This document shows, in pieces, positions 62,027-64,000 of a DNA stretch of 64,000 bases; within the stretch, counting starts at the first letter, position 1, and the number at the start of each line of letters is the position of its first letter. The position numbers and the translations under genes are program-made. Where the stretch lies: positions 255,440,001 to 255,504,000 of the forward strand of contig OZ024741.1 of the NCBI GenBank assembly GCA_964016885.1, given 5' to 3'. Origin of the DNA: Eledone cirrhosa (taxonomy: Eukaryota). The notes beneath the pieces were generated by a model. The model was not told the DNA's origin. It ran no database searches and saw only the letters and a list, made by a program, of their open reading frames with translations.

Positions 62027-64000
62027 TTACGAGTGTTTCGACTTACGAGTGTTTTGACTTACGAGTGTTCTGACTTACGAGTGTTCTGACTTACGAGTGT
62101 TCCGACTTACGAGTGTTCCGACTTACGAGTGTTTCGGCTTACGAGTGTTTCCGGCTTACGAGTGTTTCGACTTCCGAGTGTTTTGACTTACGGTGTTTCG
62201 GCTTACGAGTGATTCGACTTACGAGTGTTTTGACTTACGGGTGATTTGACTTACGGGTGTTGTGAATTACGAGTGTTCCGATTTACGAGTGTTTTGACTT
62301 ACGGTGTTTCGGCTTACGAGTGATTCGACTTACGAATGTTTTGACTTACGGGTGTTTCGGCTTGCGAGTGTTTCGACTTACGAGAGTTTCGGCTTATGGG
62401 TGTTTCGACTTACTAATGTTTTTACTTACGAGTGTTTCGGCGTACGAGTGTTTTGACTTACGAGTGTTTCGACTTACGAGTGTTTCGACTTACGAGTGTT
62501 TCGGCTTACGTGAGTTTCGACTTAAGAGTGTTCTGATTTACGAGTGTTCTGACTTGCGGGTGTTCTGATTTACGAGTGTTCCGACTTACGAGTGTTTCGG
62601 CTTATTAGTGTTTCGACTTACGAGTGTTTCGGCTTACGAGTGTTTCGACTTATGGGTGTTTCGACTTACGAGTGTTTTTACTTACGTTGTTTCGGCTTAC
62701 GAGTGTTTCGACATACGAGTGTTTTGACTTACGGGTGTTTCGACTTACGAGTGTTTTGACTTACGAATGTTTTGACTTACGGGTGTTTCGGCTTACGAGT
62801 GTTTCGACTTACGAGTGTTTCGGCTTACGAGTGTTTCGACTTATGGGTGTTTCGACTTACGAGTGTTTTTACTTACGGTGTTTCGGCTTACGAGTGTTTC
62901 GACATACGAGTGTTTTGACTTACGGGTGTTTCGACTTACGAGTGTTTTGACTTACGAGTGTTTCGACTTATGACTGTTTCGACTTACGAGTGTTTCGGCT
63001 TATGAGTGTTTCGACTTACGAGTGCTTCGGCTTACGAGTGTTTCGACTTACGAGTATTTCGGCTTTCGAGTGTTTCGACGTAAGAATGTTTTGGCTTACG
63101 AGTGTTTCGGCTTATGAGTGTTTCGGCTTACGAGTGTTTCGACTTACGAGTGTTTCGGCTTACGAGTGTTTCAGTGTTTCGGCTTACGTGTGTTTCGACT
63201 GACGAGTGTTTCGACTTACGACTGTTTCGGTTTACGAGTGTTTCGGCTTACGACTGTTTCGACTTACGAGTGTTTTGACTTACGAATGTTTTGACTTACG
63301 GGTGTTTCGGCTTACGAGTGTTTCGACTTACGAGTCTTTCGGCTTACGAGTGTTTCGACTTACTAATGTTTTTACTTACGAGTGTTTCGGCGTACGAGTG
63401 TTTCGACTTACGAGTGTTTCGATTTACGGGTGTTTTGACTTACGGGTGTTTCGGCTTACGAGTGTTTTGACTTACGAGTGTTTTGACTTAAGGGTGTTTC
63501 GACTTACGAGTATTTTTGGCTTACGAGTGTTTCGACTTACGAGTGTTTTGACTTACGAGTGTTCTGATTTACGGATGTTTCGACATACGAGTGTTTCGAC
63601 TTACGAGTGTTTCGACTTACTAATGTTCTTACGAGTGTTTCGGCGTACGAGAGTTTTGACTTACGAGTGTTTCGACTTATGAGTGTTTCGACTTACGAGT
63701 GTTGTGACTTACGAATGTTTTGACTTACGGGTGTTTCGGCTTACGAGTGTTTCGACTTACGAGTCTTTCGGCTTACGAGTGTTTCGACTTACTAATGTTT
63801 TTACTTACGAGTGTTTCGGCGTACGAGTGTTTCGACTTACGAGTGTTTCGACTTACGGGTGTTTTGACTTACGGGTGTTTCGGCTTACGAGTGTTTTGAC
63901 TTACGAGTGTTTTGACTTAAGGTTGTTTCGACTTACGAGTATTTTTGGCTTACGAGTGTTTCGACTTACGAGTGTTTTGACTTACGAGTGTTCTGATTTA

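Larger units (their letters stand above)
1..64000 (+). repeat. 16-bp tandem satellite array, consensus GACTTACGAGTGTTTC (reverse complement GAAACACTCGTAAGTC), head-to-tail, one orientation, truncated by both window ends
   Basis: Monomer readable on every line. Common variants: tttcga>ttttga/ttctga/ttccga, gac>ggc, cgag>cggg/cgaa/tgag. Indel variants of 14 bp (gatacg), 15 bp (ttacggtg) and 17 bp (gactttacg, tttccggc, agtatttttggc). The ORF track shows the matching 16-aa period ECFDLRVFRLTSVSTY. Confidence 0.99.
56550..64000 (+). repeat. Copy of about 41850-49270 (offset 14696-14728); also matches about 50220-55700 at offset 6332-6348
   Basis: ORFs 42050/56746, 43085/57781, 44503/59231, 46421/61149, 47592/62320; also 50414/56746 and 54801/61149. 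Confidence 0.85.

Noticed and set aside
246-63682. All ORFs in the track as protein-coding genes
   Set aside because: They are translations of a 16-bp repeat, overlap in several frames with the same peptide, mostly begin at GTG/TTG inside monomers and show no domain or frame preservation.
1-64000. Telomeric repeat array
   Set aside because: No G-run telomere motif and no terminus is visible. Inherited variant patterns duplicated at kilobase scale point to recombinational amplification, not telomerase synthesis.
1-64000. Monomer variant order as an information code or variable cassette system
   Set aside because: Variant strings are adequately explained by point mutation followed by nested duplication. 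No recombinase, reverse transcriptase or expression site lies in the window.
1-64000. Inversions or strand switches in the array
   Set aside because: I saw no reverse-complement monomer (gaaacactcgtaagtc) on the + strand, and the ORF track has no minus-strand ORFs, which an inverted block would produce.

Overview
The whole 64-kb window is one uninterrupted, single-orientation tandem array of a 16-bp satellite (consensus GACTTACGAGTGTTTC, roughly 3,900 monomers) that runs off both ends. I see no credible protein-coding or RNA gene. All listed ORFs are artefacts of a monomer that has no stop codon on the + strand. The only non-satellite DNA is a 77-bp AT-rich cassette present 23 times, always in the same orientation and always behind the same string of variant monomers. 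Monomer variants and cassette spacing reveal nested higher-order repeats: 269 bp, 832 bp, about 2.4, 5.1-5.3, 6.3, 8.4 and 14.7 kb, and a near-perfect 16,309-bp tandem duplication (1480-17797 vs 17789-34106). The left and right halves carry different diagnostic variants. The architecture looks like eukaryotic satellite (possibly centromeric or heterochromatic) DNA. Organism and function cannot be established from the sequence alone. All comparisons were made by eye and from ORF-track offsets, not by computed alignment.
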